Assembly (NCBI RefSeq): GCF_964204645.1
Contig: NC_134036.1
Coordinates: 9,341,859-9,405,858 of the forward strand
DNA length: 64,000 nucleotides
DNA from: Tubulanus polymorphus
Taxonomy: Eukaryota > Animalia > Nemertea
Reading direction: 5' to 3'
Part shown: positions 25,674-39,100 of the stretch, one piece after another
Layout: each line of letters opens with the position of its first letter
Position numbering within the stretch: position 1 is the first letter of the stretch
The notes under the pieces: generated by a model
Database searches by the model: none
What the model was told of the DNA's origin: nothing
What the model saw: only the letters and a program-made list of their open reading frames with translations
Position numbers and translations under genes: made by a program

Positions 25674-28096
25674 TTTTGGCCCACTTGGGACTTTAGTCCC
25701 AGCGGGCTATTGCGTTCACTTTTCGTCCGTCGTCCGTTCATTCGTCCGTTCGTCCGTAGACGGAATCTAGTTATTTTAGGAAGTTTTGAAGACGCTTCAA
25801 TGGATTGACTTGATATTTGGGTTACACATGTATCTACCCTAGACACATCTTCAGCCCAAAAACTGGCCCTGTCAGATTCAAGATGGCCGACTGGCAGCCA
25901 TTGTTGTTCGCCAAAATCAGGACTTTTTACACTTTTTAGCCTATGTCAACGGTCTGGTCGATCGATAATCATTCGTATGCTTAATACACTACGCTCAAAG
26001 CTATTTTTAGCACACACAAACGCAATTTCAGTAGCCTGTAATTTCACTACTAATGGGCGAATTGAACGGATTAAGCAATAATATATTTCGTAATTTGTTT
26101 TTCTTTATGGTGCGCAAAGTTGAAAGCCGTGGGTTTCATATTTTTTGAGAAATTAACCAAAAAGTGTCAAAAATTCGATTTATCTGAGCACGTTTTTTTA
26201 TGCAGCATCTTTAATTGTTCAAAATAACACATGTGAAAATTCAATGCAATTTGCGTCGGAAGAACTTTATCTCGTCAAGATCCAACGTTTTGTTCGGTAG
26301 TTATGGGCTTTCAAAGACGAAACTCGGTTTCGTCAAAATCTCAAAATCTCGGTTATATAAAATTTGTGTTGACCCGGTTTGAACTCCATCATGGCGTCAT
26401 AGCATTCGTTGAATATGTAAATGAGGTGGCACAAAATGGCGGCGCAATTGAAGCGGTTCATATTCATCATTTATAGCGAAAATACTGATACTCAAGGCGT
26501 ATGATATAACGATTTATTGTGTGCGATGTGTTCAATGATTCGTCCAGTTTTGAAATCCTGTGCATAAGGTAACGTTGCATCAAGATATCTGACAAAATTC
26601 TGGTTTCAAATTGTGGAAATTTACTTCCGTGTTCGCCACACGGCTGATTCGATGTCGATGATACTAATCAGCTGATAGCATCGAATTTTTTTAAAGATGA
26701 GTGATATTAACACGACTGGAATAATTTGTTTATCATCATTAATTGATGTCATTTTATTGACGTTCGCATTAACGATCCGTTTTGGAGCCTGATTATTTGT
26801 ATTAGTTTGTTAATCGCGGCATAGTGATGAGCGTTCGCGTTGAAAACAGTCGCGTACAGTCGCGTAGACAATATAGCCTTATCTCGTGTCACTGTGTGTA
26901 TGTATCAGTTATAGATAAAAAGCGCCAATGTGCAGGTCGCACGTAACAACGATTCTGAGTGAAGATGTTGCTTGGCTGCCTAATTAAAGCAATCCTATCG
27001 TGAAATTATTAAAAACCATGTCAGTCGATAAACTTTATTTCGTTAGTACCCGCCACACTGGCCTCAAATTTTCATTGGGAGCTTCTGTCCTAATTAGGGC
27101 CGTATGATAATGAAAAACCTCCGATGAAACTCAGGCTCTCACTTTGCCGGGTCATTCATAGTTTTAGTTGTCATTCTACGTAGAATGCGTATATTTGCGT
27201 ATGGGGAGGGGGTTGCTTCAGACAATTTCGTACGTACGCATGCGATAGACCTGATTATACAAACAGAAGCTTGTTTACATCATACATGCATTAATAAAGT
27301 GTTATTAATAAAGCGGGTCAATTGCCTATAGTGTTGTTCTTATTGTTCCGTTTATTTCTGACACCCAACAATATTGGTTCCGAGACTCAAGGTCACTAGT
27401 ATCGCCGCGTAGTTTGATATATCTCAACACGTGGCATACTCAAAGGGGGTAGGTGTCAGTTTTAGTACAGCTCGTGTCACATTAGTGCGTACGTACTCAA
27501 AGGGGGGGGGGGGTGAGTCTCAGTTTTAGTACACTTGCGTACATAGGGGGAGGGGTAGAAAATCGGAGATTTTGTGCGTACGTACTTATTAAATGGTCCC
27601 TTATGCATATTTTGTAACCACAATCAATTGCAAAGTTGTAGCTCATAACATGTTCTATGATTCTAGTGAATTTCAAGGTCATTGGTTTTTGTATATGGCC
27701 TCCAGAGGGCGTTGAATAATACAATAACTTAGTATTTCTATATTATATTCATACCTATGCATATTTTGTTGCCACCATCCATTGCAAAGTTGTAGCTCAT
27801 GACATGGTCTATGATTGTGGTGAGCTTAAAGGTCATTAGTTTTTCTATATGGTCACCAGGGGCCGTTGAATAGTAGAATAACTTAGCATTTCCTTATTAT
27901 ATTGGTACCTAGGTATATTTTGTTACCATAATCGATTGCAAAATTGTAGGTTATGACCTGTTTTATCATTGTGGTGAGTTTCAAGGTCATTGGTTTTTGT
28001 ATACGGTCACAAGGAGGCGTTGAATATTGAAATTTAAGATTGTTGAGCATTTGAAACCACTTTCCAAGTGGCAATGGTGTCCCTGGACCCCTAGTT
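25674..28096 (+). mobile_element. Second HINE copy, interrupted by ~1.6 kb of nested insertions (~25940-27600)
   Basis: 25674-25940 is near-identical to 21244-21500; 27600-28096 matches the core repeats and 3' end of the first copy. Confidence 0.7.
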
Positions 28097-28235
28097 AGCA
28101 ACTGCATCTGATGACTTAACAAATTTTTGATTTGTGTGAATAATCAATTTTTAGCAACTGCATCTGATGACTTAACAAATTTTTGATTTGTGTGAATAAT
28201 CCATTTTTAGCGCTTGCATCAGATGACTTAACGAA
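28097..28235 (+). repeat. 56-bp tandem repeat (further unit at 25624-25678, on the other side of the HINE)
   Basis: AGCAACTGCATCTGATGACTTAACAAATTTTTGATTTGTGTGAATAATCAATTTTT units at 28097, 28153, 28209 (partial) and 25624. Confidence 0.8.
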
Positions 28236-28986
28236 TTATACTTCTACTTTTCAATCTAAATAGCCATTGGGTTCATGGAATACGTGGTGTTGCTGCCACA
28301 TTCTAGTTGTAGTTTAGTTTGCTGTATCATTTGAGCCGTTAATGTAGTCAAATTCAAAACTCGTTCTCTACATAGTATATATGTACCTTGTTCCATTTAT
28401 CTGAGCATATAAGAAATAAAATAAATGATGTGACATTGATAAGAGATCTTTTTAATTTTAATTCAGTTTTCCCTAAAGGCAGAGTCGCAAAGGAATGGAA
28501 ATCTACTTGTGTGAAATCTGCAGGCAAAGAGGTGGATTTAGAATCTAGGAAAATTTCCCCAGTCAACTGCCCCAATTTTTATTGCCTTGTCAAGAAAGCC
28601 AGCTCCATTTTTTACATGTGACCAAAGACAATTCATTCATTAAGTAATCGAAATGTGCAGCGGTCAATCTGCTGTCTGTATCCACCCACCTCAGATAATC
28701 GAGAGACTATTATCCCTATCCTATTAAAAACTGATCATCAAGACTTCGAGGTTAGCCAGGATATCACCAATACGCTGAGGATTTCAGGCACGACCATAGC
28801 CTATAACTTTTAAGATGATATTAACAACAAACATTGCCACCGTTGCAAAGCAAAACTGAATAATAAAGCACGGGTCTGGGAAGGCTATCTTTCATTATAA
28901 TACAAGTAGATTGGCCTCATAAAGTAATGATATTGTATTGCGTCCATCACAAGAAAGTTACTGTATCTCAAACATAGACAGCTCTC

Positions 28987-29099
28987 ATCTTTCATTATCT
29001 TCTCACTGTGAACGAAAGAGATCTCAGTCTAAGTGAGAAAGCTAATTTCTCACTTATACTGAGATTTCTTTCGTTCACGGTGAGAAGATAATGAAAGAT
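28987..29099. repeat. Near-perfect ~113-bp palindrome (hairpin)
   Basis: ATCTTTCATTATCTTCTCACTGTGAACGAAAGAGATCTCAGTCTAAGTGAGAAA / TTTCTCACTTATACTGAGATTTCTTTCGTTCACGGTGAGAAGATAATGAAAGAT. Confidence 0.9.
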
Positions 29100-29693
29100 C
29101 CTGTCTCTTGTATGTAACGGAGGACAGGTGGTAAAATGTGTAATTTCACAGTGGTGTCATATATTAGCACCGAAGTTGTAACGTATATTTACGGTTCGAA
29201 TCCTTTTTACAGTTAAAATTAAAAATTGTTATCGACACTAAATTATGAAATTTTAACGTCAAACATCGTCATTTCAATGGCAATATTTTCGACAGACATT
29301 CGCCTTCCTCTGCCCTCAGTTCGAAATGATACACAAGTGTTATTGACAGGCTTTCGCAAACCTGACAAAAACCTGTCAGGGGCGGATACCCCCTAAAATA
29401 AAGTAAAATGTTCGCAGAAGTGCTCAGAATGCACTAAAATGGCATTAAAATCCAAAAGAGCCCCCCCCCAAGACCCCATGCTTGCATGCGCCCAAAATGA
29501 TGGTTCCCTTATGGCCAACTAAGCGAGGTACAATTTTTCTTCCTCCCCCCCAAATTCAGACCCTAGATATGCCCTACCGATCGTCAGGATATCGAAAAGG
29601 TCGACGTCGATCGTCCAGGAACGGGTACAGATAGCAGATTGACAGCTGCATTATCAAATCTTAAATCAGTGTTGAAATTTAATTAGCAGTACT

Positions 29694-30001
29694 CAGGTCC
29701 GTATTTAGCCAGGGCCTTCCAGGGGGGGGGGAGCGATATAAACTACAAATGGACCTTAACCATGCCAGTAAAGTCAAGTGACGGCTCAAAGTTTTGATGC
29801 GAAGTCAGCTCTCATTTGGCTTTCAATATCTTTTAATATGTGGCACTCTGATAAAATATGAAAATGACATATGCAGAGTATAGCAAATAGATCGACCAGT
29901 TTTTCTTAGGGACAATTGTTTTCATTGGTTAAATTGCGGTCCTTTTCTTTCGTGGGGGACGGGTGTGTTCGTATCCGACGCACCCCCTGGCTACGGGCCT
30001 G
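29694..30001. mobile_element. MITE with CAGG(T/C)CCGTA..GCCAGGG terminal inverted repeats
   Basis: CAGGTCCGTATTTAGCCAGGG ... CCCTGGCTACGGGCCTG, flanked by GTACT on both sides. Confidence 0.6.
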
Positions 30002-30472
30002 GTACTAGTTAGCTAAAGTTTGTGCTCTAGTTAGCTTTGTCGAATTGATTGGGATTAGTACCCCGGCAGTTGCATTATCAACGGTGATTTGCTTTAATCC
30101 AAAGCTTGAAAAGGTTTTGATCAATAAGAAATGTACAATTACGTATCACAATTATCCCGATGTCGGATTTGTCTTCATCCAGAGGCTTGTTTGTGAATTA
30201 TGTAGCATCTTTGCAAGGCTAACCATGAACTCGGTGAATTAATCGCGTGTTTGTTAGCTGCAGTGGTTTATACATACGAATGTATATTTCATATTCACCT
30301 ATGGGTTGTGTACCAATTTACCTACGGGGTGTATATATTATGCAAATGTACAACCAATTTACCTACGGGGTGTATATATTATGCAAATGTACAATGTATA
30401 TGCCAGCTCATTGGTAGGTCCTAAAATTGGACCCCCTAAGTTGGTTTGATATCATCACCCCATAAACATACT

Positions 30473-30575
<103 letters not shown>

Positions 30576-32324
30576 TGAAAACATACTATTAACGGGGTTT
30601 GTGGGCTCAAACCCAATTGTGTGGTGCTATTTTAATACCCGTTTCTGGGGCATATATGTATAATTATATGCTAATGATATGCAAACCTCACAATTTATAT
30701 AGGCCTATATGCCCCATGAATTATATACGTTTCTGGGGCATATATGTATAATTATATGCTAATGATATGCAAACCTCACAATTTATATAGGCCTATATGC
30801 CCCATGAATTAAATACATGCACCTATACATGTAACATAACTGAAACTATGCCCTTCGTGTGGAATACCTGAGGCCAAACGCTTAGACATTACTAAACAGC
30901 GAATTATCTCACTGCCTATTCTATTGTAAGCGACCGGGCAACAGTCGGTTCTAACAGGTCTGGGTCGATTCATAACAATTGCGATAGGCTTTCCTACAGA
31001 GCTTCGTCCAAGTAAGATATACAACTTCCATATTTCTCCTTGCTTTGTCGGAATATTCTCTACTCTTCACTTCTATTCACATTTTTGAAATATGGCTCTA
31101 ATTGAGGGAATGAAAGTCCTTTCAAAGCTTTCAATATCCAGATACATCTGACAACAGAAACAAAACAAAATTTTCAATGAAAATTGGAAATCTCTTTATT
31201 AGGAAAAAAGCATTAGCAAATTTACAAACTCTACAAGATAATTCTGATATATTTATCAACCCTAGAATTGTAAACCACGAGGAAGTTGGATATTCTGCCA
31301 ATGGAATATTTTAATATTATTCATGTCATACATTCAAAATACAGTCGATACCTTCTGACTCAAATCATTTAGGACCAGTGATTTTCGTTATTTCAGTTAG
31401 GCGATAATTCAAGTTCCAATATGGAAATTCATGCTATGTTTCATAAGAATTGTGTAAAGATTAGCTGACCTGGAACTCGATGCGTTTACTATCCCAAATC
31501 AAATATGTTATACCGGTAGTCATTGGATTGTATGATATTTTGTCAACTGCAGATAAAACAGAAACTAATCACATTTTTTAATCATTATGTTCTCAACCTG
31601 AAATCAATGGCCTACAACAAATATACCTGATAGGAATGAGATTAGTCTACAAAAATACACCATTTACTTATGTTCACATCATTAAAAAAAAAACCTTCTC
31701 CACATTTTCTCCTGTAATCTAGTTCATTACATTTCTATAACAGGTGTAAGACTGGCATGAGGGAAATTCTAACATTTATTCAGATCGGTCATTTTTCATT
31801 TACTGCTTTAACAATTTATATACCGGTAATATATTTGATTTTGTTTAAACATTTTCTTCTAAACAGTAATCATTGCGCTTTAATAAAAGGAGAAATCGAT
31901 CAGAACAAAAACAAGCAATCATTGAAAGAAAACTCCACATACGGAATATCAATATATAGATATTATTTACATTGGGCACAGTGCTTAGTGGCAAAAACAA
32001 AGTTTCACATATCTTTAATTAGGACCATGGGTCCAGTACGACCAAATGAGTAAATTTTAGTTTTGAGCGAAAAAATGTATTTTTCTCGGATTTACGATCG
32101 CTATCTTGGTGCATTATATATGCATGTCCAACTTTCTCCAAAACTCACTCGCATGGCAAAACAATCAATACTATGTTCTATATGTACGTTCTTGCTACAG
32201 CTAAACAATAACGTAATTATTACAAAACATAAATAAAGTGAATTTGACGCATCGATTGACGCGTCAAAAATGCTATTTTAATTTTGACAGTATATTTACG
32301 CCATACATTTAGAGGTTCCCTATA

Positions 32325-35300
32325 TTATTTCGTTTTCTGCTTCTTCGAGATAATATTATGTAGCCTCGTTCGAACCTGAGGCAAAGTTCGGCTACCACCA
32401 AGTTCTTCAACTACTTTTCTCAAGTCTACTGCTGGTGCCATTCGCTTATTATTCAAATAGTTATGCAATATCTTACAAAAAATATCTGTTTCTCCCTTTG
32501 TCCAGGGTGCCCTCTTAATACGTGACTTCTCATCTGAAACAAAATCATATAAAAATGCTACACAAACCATTGCATCAAGACTACTGATAGGTTCTCACAA
32601 TAGGCCCCATTTCCCCTAGGATTGTTATACCGTCCATAAGGTGGTTTAATCACTATGGACCCTATCCATGAACTTACTTTGCGCTTCAGATTGGTTAGTT
32701 TCCATCTTTGGCGGAACTTCTGCATCGACCATGTCATTGTCATCACTGTCATCACTGTTTTCACTGTCTTCACACTCAGTCCACTTATCGGCATAATCCA
32801 AGGATAATGGGAGTGCTAAAACGTTATCAATGAATAAATGCACATGTACACATACACACACACGGGTGACTGCTGTCATAGCAGAGAATACTAAAATATT
32901 TAATCTATCAGTAAAGTCAGACTTACCATCGGGATCAATATCCTCCAATGACTTTCCTTTGAATCTTGCCATAATGCCATTTTCGGCAGCCAATAGCGCC
33001 TTCGCTACCTTCGCTTTTTCAACGAGTGAAGATTGGAGGCAATATACATCTGCGTGAATTTTCACATCGTGCCCCATATGATCAGCCACCATCTTCAACT
33101 CGTTGGGCTTCATAGACAAAATCTGAAGTTATAAACCCAAATACTGGCTTTAGGGCTTTCATCAATTTCAAATCACTTCACAATATAATTTCCATTCACA
33201 AGTATCATTATAGCCGATCATTGATTTATTATAATCATTGCTTGTTATGTCTTTCGAAGACCAGAGCTTTACCTTCTTTATAGATATTCTTGATGAATGA
33301 AGGTTCTATTTTATATTCTTAAAAATTTCATTCACTAATACATACAGGGCTGGAAATTAGGCTTGTATGATAGTACATGTAAAAGCACTTCATGATAAGG
33401 TATGTCCTGATACGGATGTTTTAGGCCTATACAGGATCCGATATCAGCACTTGTCTATTATCACTTGTCATCCTTTTATGATAGGTTTTATATACTGGTT
33501 AACTGAATGTAGAATTGTGGGACATACATAAATAGGAAAAATCACTTCATGGTCAGGTAGTGTCTTGATATGATGGGTTTTATATGTCACTTAACTGGAT
33601 GTAGAATTGTGGGACATACATAAATAGACACTTCATAAATAGGTAGTGTTCTGATATGATGGGTTTAATATGCTATTTTACTGCATGTAGAATTGTAGGA
33701 TATATATATAATGGGAAAATCCTTTCATGATCAAGTACTGTCTAGATGATTACATGACCTTAACGGTCACATGCCCTCTAAATTTCAGTAAGTAATTAAC
33801 CTAATGATTCTTTTGAATATAGATAACACCTGATATCAGGAAGACAGAAAAAAATCCCCCATATACATGTAGTCTTAAATTGTCAGGTTATTAATCAGGT
33901 AATATAAATATACAACATTTATAATTGTAATACTGTGGTTTGTATTTTAAAGAGGTTTGTAATGCTTGCAATAAGACTAATCCTAGTTCATTGGTAAATG
34001 ATAAACCTACTTGTAGTGTAGTTGCAAAGAAAGATCGGAGCTTCGTCGATCTAATTCGTTCAGGTGCATTCAGTCCGGGACACAATTTTGTCATTTCACG
34101 CATTGCAGTACAACCGTCAAGTGGTGTGTCAGCACGTTTCCTAAAATGAATGATGGATTTGCAATGCTTGCACAAAACCTGTCACGATATGAACTAAAAA
34201 AGGTTCAGATTGTATTGCTTTGTAAAGTATATACTGTATACAAAGACATTTTTCTAAAAAATGGCTGCATGGCCTGGTAAGCACTAACTTATTTGATTAT
34301 TCAGCATGTAGATGCCCACGAACAAAACTATATCAGTTGTGATGAGAGATTAAGATTTTTATCAGGACTATTAATCAATTGACATTCAAAAAGGGAATGA
34401 TTGTACCTTAATAATAATAAAATAAACCTTGCATTAATCGAATCCATTCAAGAAACATTCAAAATCCGTATTGCAATTGTTAATGGGTTAATGTTATTTG
34501 AATAGGAAAGTGCAAACACTGTATAAATCAGAAAATAGCATTCTTCCTAGAAAGACCCACATAGCTTTATCTGTGAAACTTTACACTGACATTTCAGATA
34601 GACTTCTATCCATCTTCAGAGTTATATAAAAACTCTTCTAAATCGCTGAAGATGGATAGAAGTAAAATCTATCCAAATTGTCAATGTCAACAGATATACG
34701 TTGTTGAATGTTCTTATTATACACGCTATATACACGTCTTTTATACACGTCTTTTATACATGCTAAATAGAATGCCACAAGTCTAATTGATTTCAGAATT
34801 GATGTTACCTAGCAAAAATGAAGTCACTTGTACTTTGTCTGGTATCGAGGATATGTTCGATAGCTTTAACCATCTTCTCAGTAAGCAGAATGTATACACC
34901 TCGAATACTGCGAGTGCTCTTCCCTCGGATTTCTATTACACGCATTCTACAAAAAACTCTCCAAAATCAACCCAACATATCTTGTAAATTAGATAAGAGC
35001 ATATGACTAAGACAATTTTAAAACAACAATTACCGTTTGACCAAAAGCTGCTCAGCTAGAGACAGTGATTGCAGGATCTCTTGATTCTGATCGGCATCCG
35101 GCACAATATTTTCGAAATCGCTCATGATCATTTCTTCCACTTCTGATATCCGCCTTCGGTTGAAAAGGACTATACGGACAAGAACAGCATAAGCAAGATG
35201 TTTCCACTGTTTTGAAGTAGGCTCATGTATCATCAACGCTTTATCAATTTCAGAGTCGAGCCAATCTTTAAAGACTACTAAGTCATCTGCCACTGGATGT

Positions 35301-36121
35301 GTATTGCCTTGATTGAGTTTCCTAAGTTTAATCCTTCGATTAGCAACACACGAAACAGTATTGTTCCAATGGGCCCGATAAACTACTTCGAAATCTCTTC
35401 CCTCTTCTTGCATAATTTTGTCTCCTTCAAAAATCCCCATGCTCATTTTGAGGACAATGCAATGTTTGATGTAAATCCCCAAATTTATTGCCACACTCGG
35501 GGAATCTTTTTCCAAAGCTAACTTCTTAACACATTTGACTATCTGATGGAAATGTGGCCCTCTCAGGTACGAGGAAAGCGATATCCAGTTTTCTTCGCCA
35601 TTGTTCTCGTTCAGGGCTTTCAGTAGCATACCGAGTAAACGGACCTTTGTTCTCAAGTTTGCTAGGTCTTTTCGGCGCTGCTCCTTTGCAGTGCCTAAAC
35701 GCGAGTACAATGACAAAGCAAATTCACCAATTAATTCGTCTTTTTCGCAAATGCCAGGAATGCCAGGGTTTGCAACTGTTTCTCGCATTCTGCTGAATAT
35801 CAAGTTTAATGCAACCGTATCCTCATCGATTCTTGGTACAAATGGTGATAGCATGTTTCGAGAGGTTCTTATGTAATTGATGTCTGGTTGTTTTGCCATT
35901 GGTTTGAAGTGGCAACGTGTCGCATGCTCGGAAAGGCATCCCTTGTAGAAAAAACCCTTACAAAATTCGCATGGTACGTAGTCCACTGCATTTGGTGGTT
36001 TATCCGTTTTATTGGGTCTACGGACAACGACCAACGTACCATGTCCTTCTTTTATCACTTTACAATTGTGCCGAAAGTTTCCTTCATTCTGAAGTAAGCG
36101 CATATGTTTTTTTTTTTTCAT
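32325..36121 (-). CDS. Tyrosine recombinase and C-terminal Myb/SANT-like domain of element B
   Basis: LFNRRRISEV, IRGKSTR, RSTKLRSF, DHMGHDVKIHADVY (R-K-xxxR-H-Y catalytic set intact); RAPWTKGE..RTLPQVRTRLHN. Confidence 0.92.
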
Positions 36122-39100
36122 TTGGATCGCGTATCAGATGGTACTTTATAATTTCTGGTTCAGACGCGTGAATACTGCACAAATGCGAGGATATTTTCGA
36201 AGTAAACACACGCTTACAATACAAACAATAATCTGCCTTTCGGTAGTCCCGCTTGCCATCTACTGACTGGTATGTCGGAACAGTAACATGTTTCAAATGA
36301 GCCGACAGTCTTGACAGATAATCTCCAAAGTCTTCTTCCTCAATATCGTTATCATTTGGATCAATTTCATGGAGATTATCATCATCACTATCACATAGAT
36401 CGTCATCAGGAATGTAATCATCTTCAGAATCTGATATACATTTTCTTTTTTTCCGCTTTTTTGGAATGTCAACATCAATTGACTGATCTTCAGAGTCAGA
36501 TGAGTCAATTTGCCTTTTTTTCTTTATAATTGCATCCTGTTGTGAAGAGGTTCCAGCTTTCGGTTCAAATACATCTTTTGGCAGTAAAGGGGCAAAATGA
36601 TCCGGATTCCAGTGTCCAGGTTTAAGTTCTGAATGTGTAGTCCACATTACGAGTAAAGGTGCTTGCCTCAATGTGCCAGTCAAATTTTTTCTTGGATTTA
36701 ATATATGGTTCATTATAGGCACACGATTATCCAATAACCCATTAACCGAGGGGTATACTGATCTTATCCTCCTATCAATAACTGTTGCGAGTGCCTGTAT
36801 TGTCAGCATCGAAGAATAACTGTTGTGTATTGCACAAGCAATACATGCATCTGCGAAGGATGGTGAAATCAAATCGAATCCAAATTCGATACTTCGAGTT
36901 TGATAGAAGTCAGAATTCTCAACCATTTCGATACAAGTGCGAACACGAAGTTCAGTTGCTAGATCTTCACACCCACAAAGACCGACTGATACTGCATTGA
37001 ACAAACAGTTACCATCACCAGATACATCTGCAGGCATGAGCACCCCATTTACCATATCACCACATTTCTGCATAATTTCTAATGACCTGCCATGTACCAT
37101 CAGTTTTCTGTCCAAACACTTATACTCAAGTTCCCGTATCCTACTTGCAAAATAGCCAACAGTAGTTTTCAGATTCTCATAGCTTTTCTGTGCACTCAGA
37201 GTGAGCATCTTCAGAATGTTTGAGTAATCAATAGTGGTAGTAGCTGAAGATAAAATAAAAGACATCTATCAAGTGTTAATGAATACCTAGGAAACTACCA
37301 CCAAAACTTAACATGTTTGGTGTTGCAGATCTATTCTTATGAATTTAAATCAAATCTGGTAGACCTAGCCATTTTACATGTACCCAATTCAATACAATCA
37401 AAAGTCAATTTTCCGGCTTCTCAATAAAAATCTTGTCAAAGTTGTATCTAAATCCAATATCTAAAAAACAAATATCCTACTGAACTGAATTTTTGACTTT
37501 TTGACCTCGTAGAAACTGTTGAATTAATATTCACATACATTGATAACATCTTTGCGTTATTTCATGTTATTTTTGAAGGCATCATTGGACTACAAGTTTT
37601 TATCACTCTAACCTCTGTCTAACAATACTTCAATGTTCAATTCCTGCTGGTGCGAATACACAAACTATTTTCCATGAAAATCAATGAAATGACAGAAAAT
37701 TTCATGTGCTTTTTCACTTTGCAATAGATAATAGGTACAAAACTGAATGGTTCCAAAGTAAATTTCAAATTTCCAAAGTAAATTTCAATGTTCAAATTAA
37801 TCCTAGTGGGGAGAACAATATCGGATAATTTCTATTCAACAAAACAAATTCAACATAAATAACAACAACATAAATAACAAGTTAAAATTGTTGGTACCCT
37901 CCTTAAAAAAAAAACCATTCCAACCATGAGCGAGGACTGGTGAGACTAAGATGACTCAAAATTTGCCTGATCCAAACATATCTAAAGATCTAGAAATTGA
38001 GACTACAGATTACAGAGACTACTACAGAGACTACGCCATTTTCCTCTGATTGATCCAATTTTTCCAGTAGTAATAGGCTCTGGGCAGAGATACATATATT
38101 ATATATACCAAACATCAAACAAGTTCTCCATGAAAACTTTTGTTGAACAAATACTGTTGGTCACATATCTTGAATCTGATAAGACCAGTTTTTGAGCTGC
38201 AGTTGTCTCAAAAGTACTAGATACATGTATTAAGACAATCCTTTAAAATATCTCCAAAGCTTCCTAAAATGCTTTGATTCTACCTATGGATGGACAATTG
38301 ACACTAGAACGCAATATGCCTAATACAACTTTAGAACAAGATTTTTCAGTTAATGTGTAAGATTTTTCAGTTAATATGCACCTTTTTAAGGTAGATAAGA
38401 TCATAACGTTCACTTACCGCAGGTTCCCTCCTTGTTTTCATAAAAAAATGGTAATTCTTCATCGCTATCATAGTCATGTGGCAGAAAACCTAAATAGATT
38501 AGTTTCAATTATTTCAATTATCCATACTGGCATAATTTTTCGGCATTGACCCTCCCCCTTAGTATCTACGTGTTAATGACACAAGCTATGCTCAACACTT
38601 TCAACGACCGAAGGATATTTTTTATGAAATAGGGAGTGTAAAGTAATATGGATTGCAATTTATTTTTATATCACAGTTTTTGATGCATTTTAGGACATGT
38701 CTTGTCCACAAAGTATGTGCTCCTTGAAAGACAAAAGTTCGTACAATGTGCTCTAATCCCCACCCACAAAAGAAGGGAAACCACTTTTACATGATTTCAC
38801 TCTCTGAAGACCGATTGCATTTTGACTTTCTTCTCGCAAGGCATTATCTTGCAAGTCGATCGTTTTCCTTACACTCACAAAATATGAATGTTTAGGATGA
38901 ACAAAAACCAGGTTTAAAGGTATAGTACACTTCAAATGTAACGTACTTATTATAGCTTGAGATATCGAAGATTCAAGTAATTCCTCGCCATCTGAAAATT
39001 CTAAAAGTAGAGAAAAGCCAAAACATCTCAAAAACTATTTGAAGAAAATATATATTTCAATTATCAGTGGGTAAGTAGTGTTAGCTAGTCCAATTTTGGG

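Noticed and set aside
29377-29576. hAT-like MITE (CAGGGGCGGAT...ATATGCCCTA)
   Set aside because: The TIR is too degenerate and there is no TSD; insufficient support.
35297-37155. Plus-strand ORFs opposite the OTU/YR exon (and similar ones opposite the EnSpm genes)
   Set aside because: Antisense shadows of real coding sequence, with no motifs of their own.
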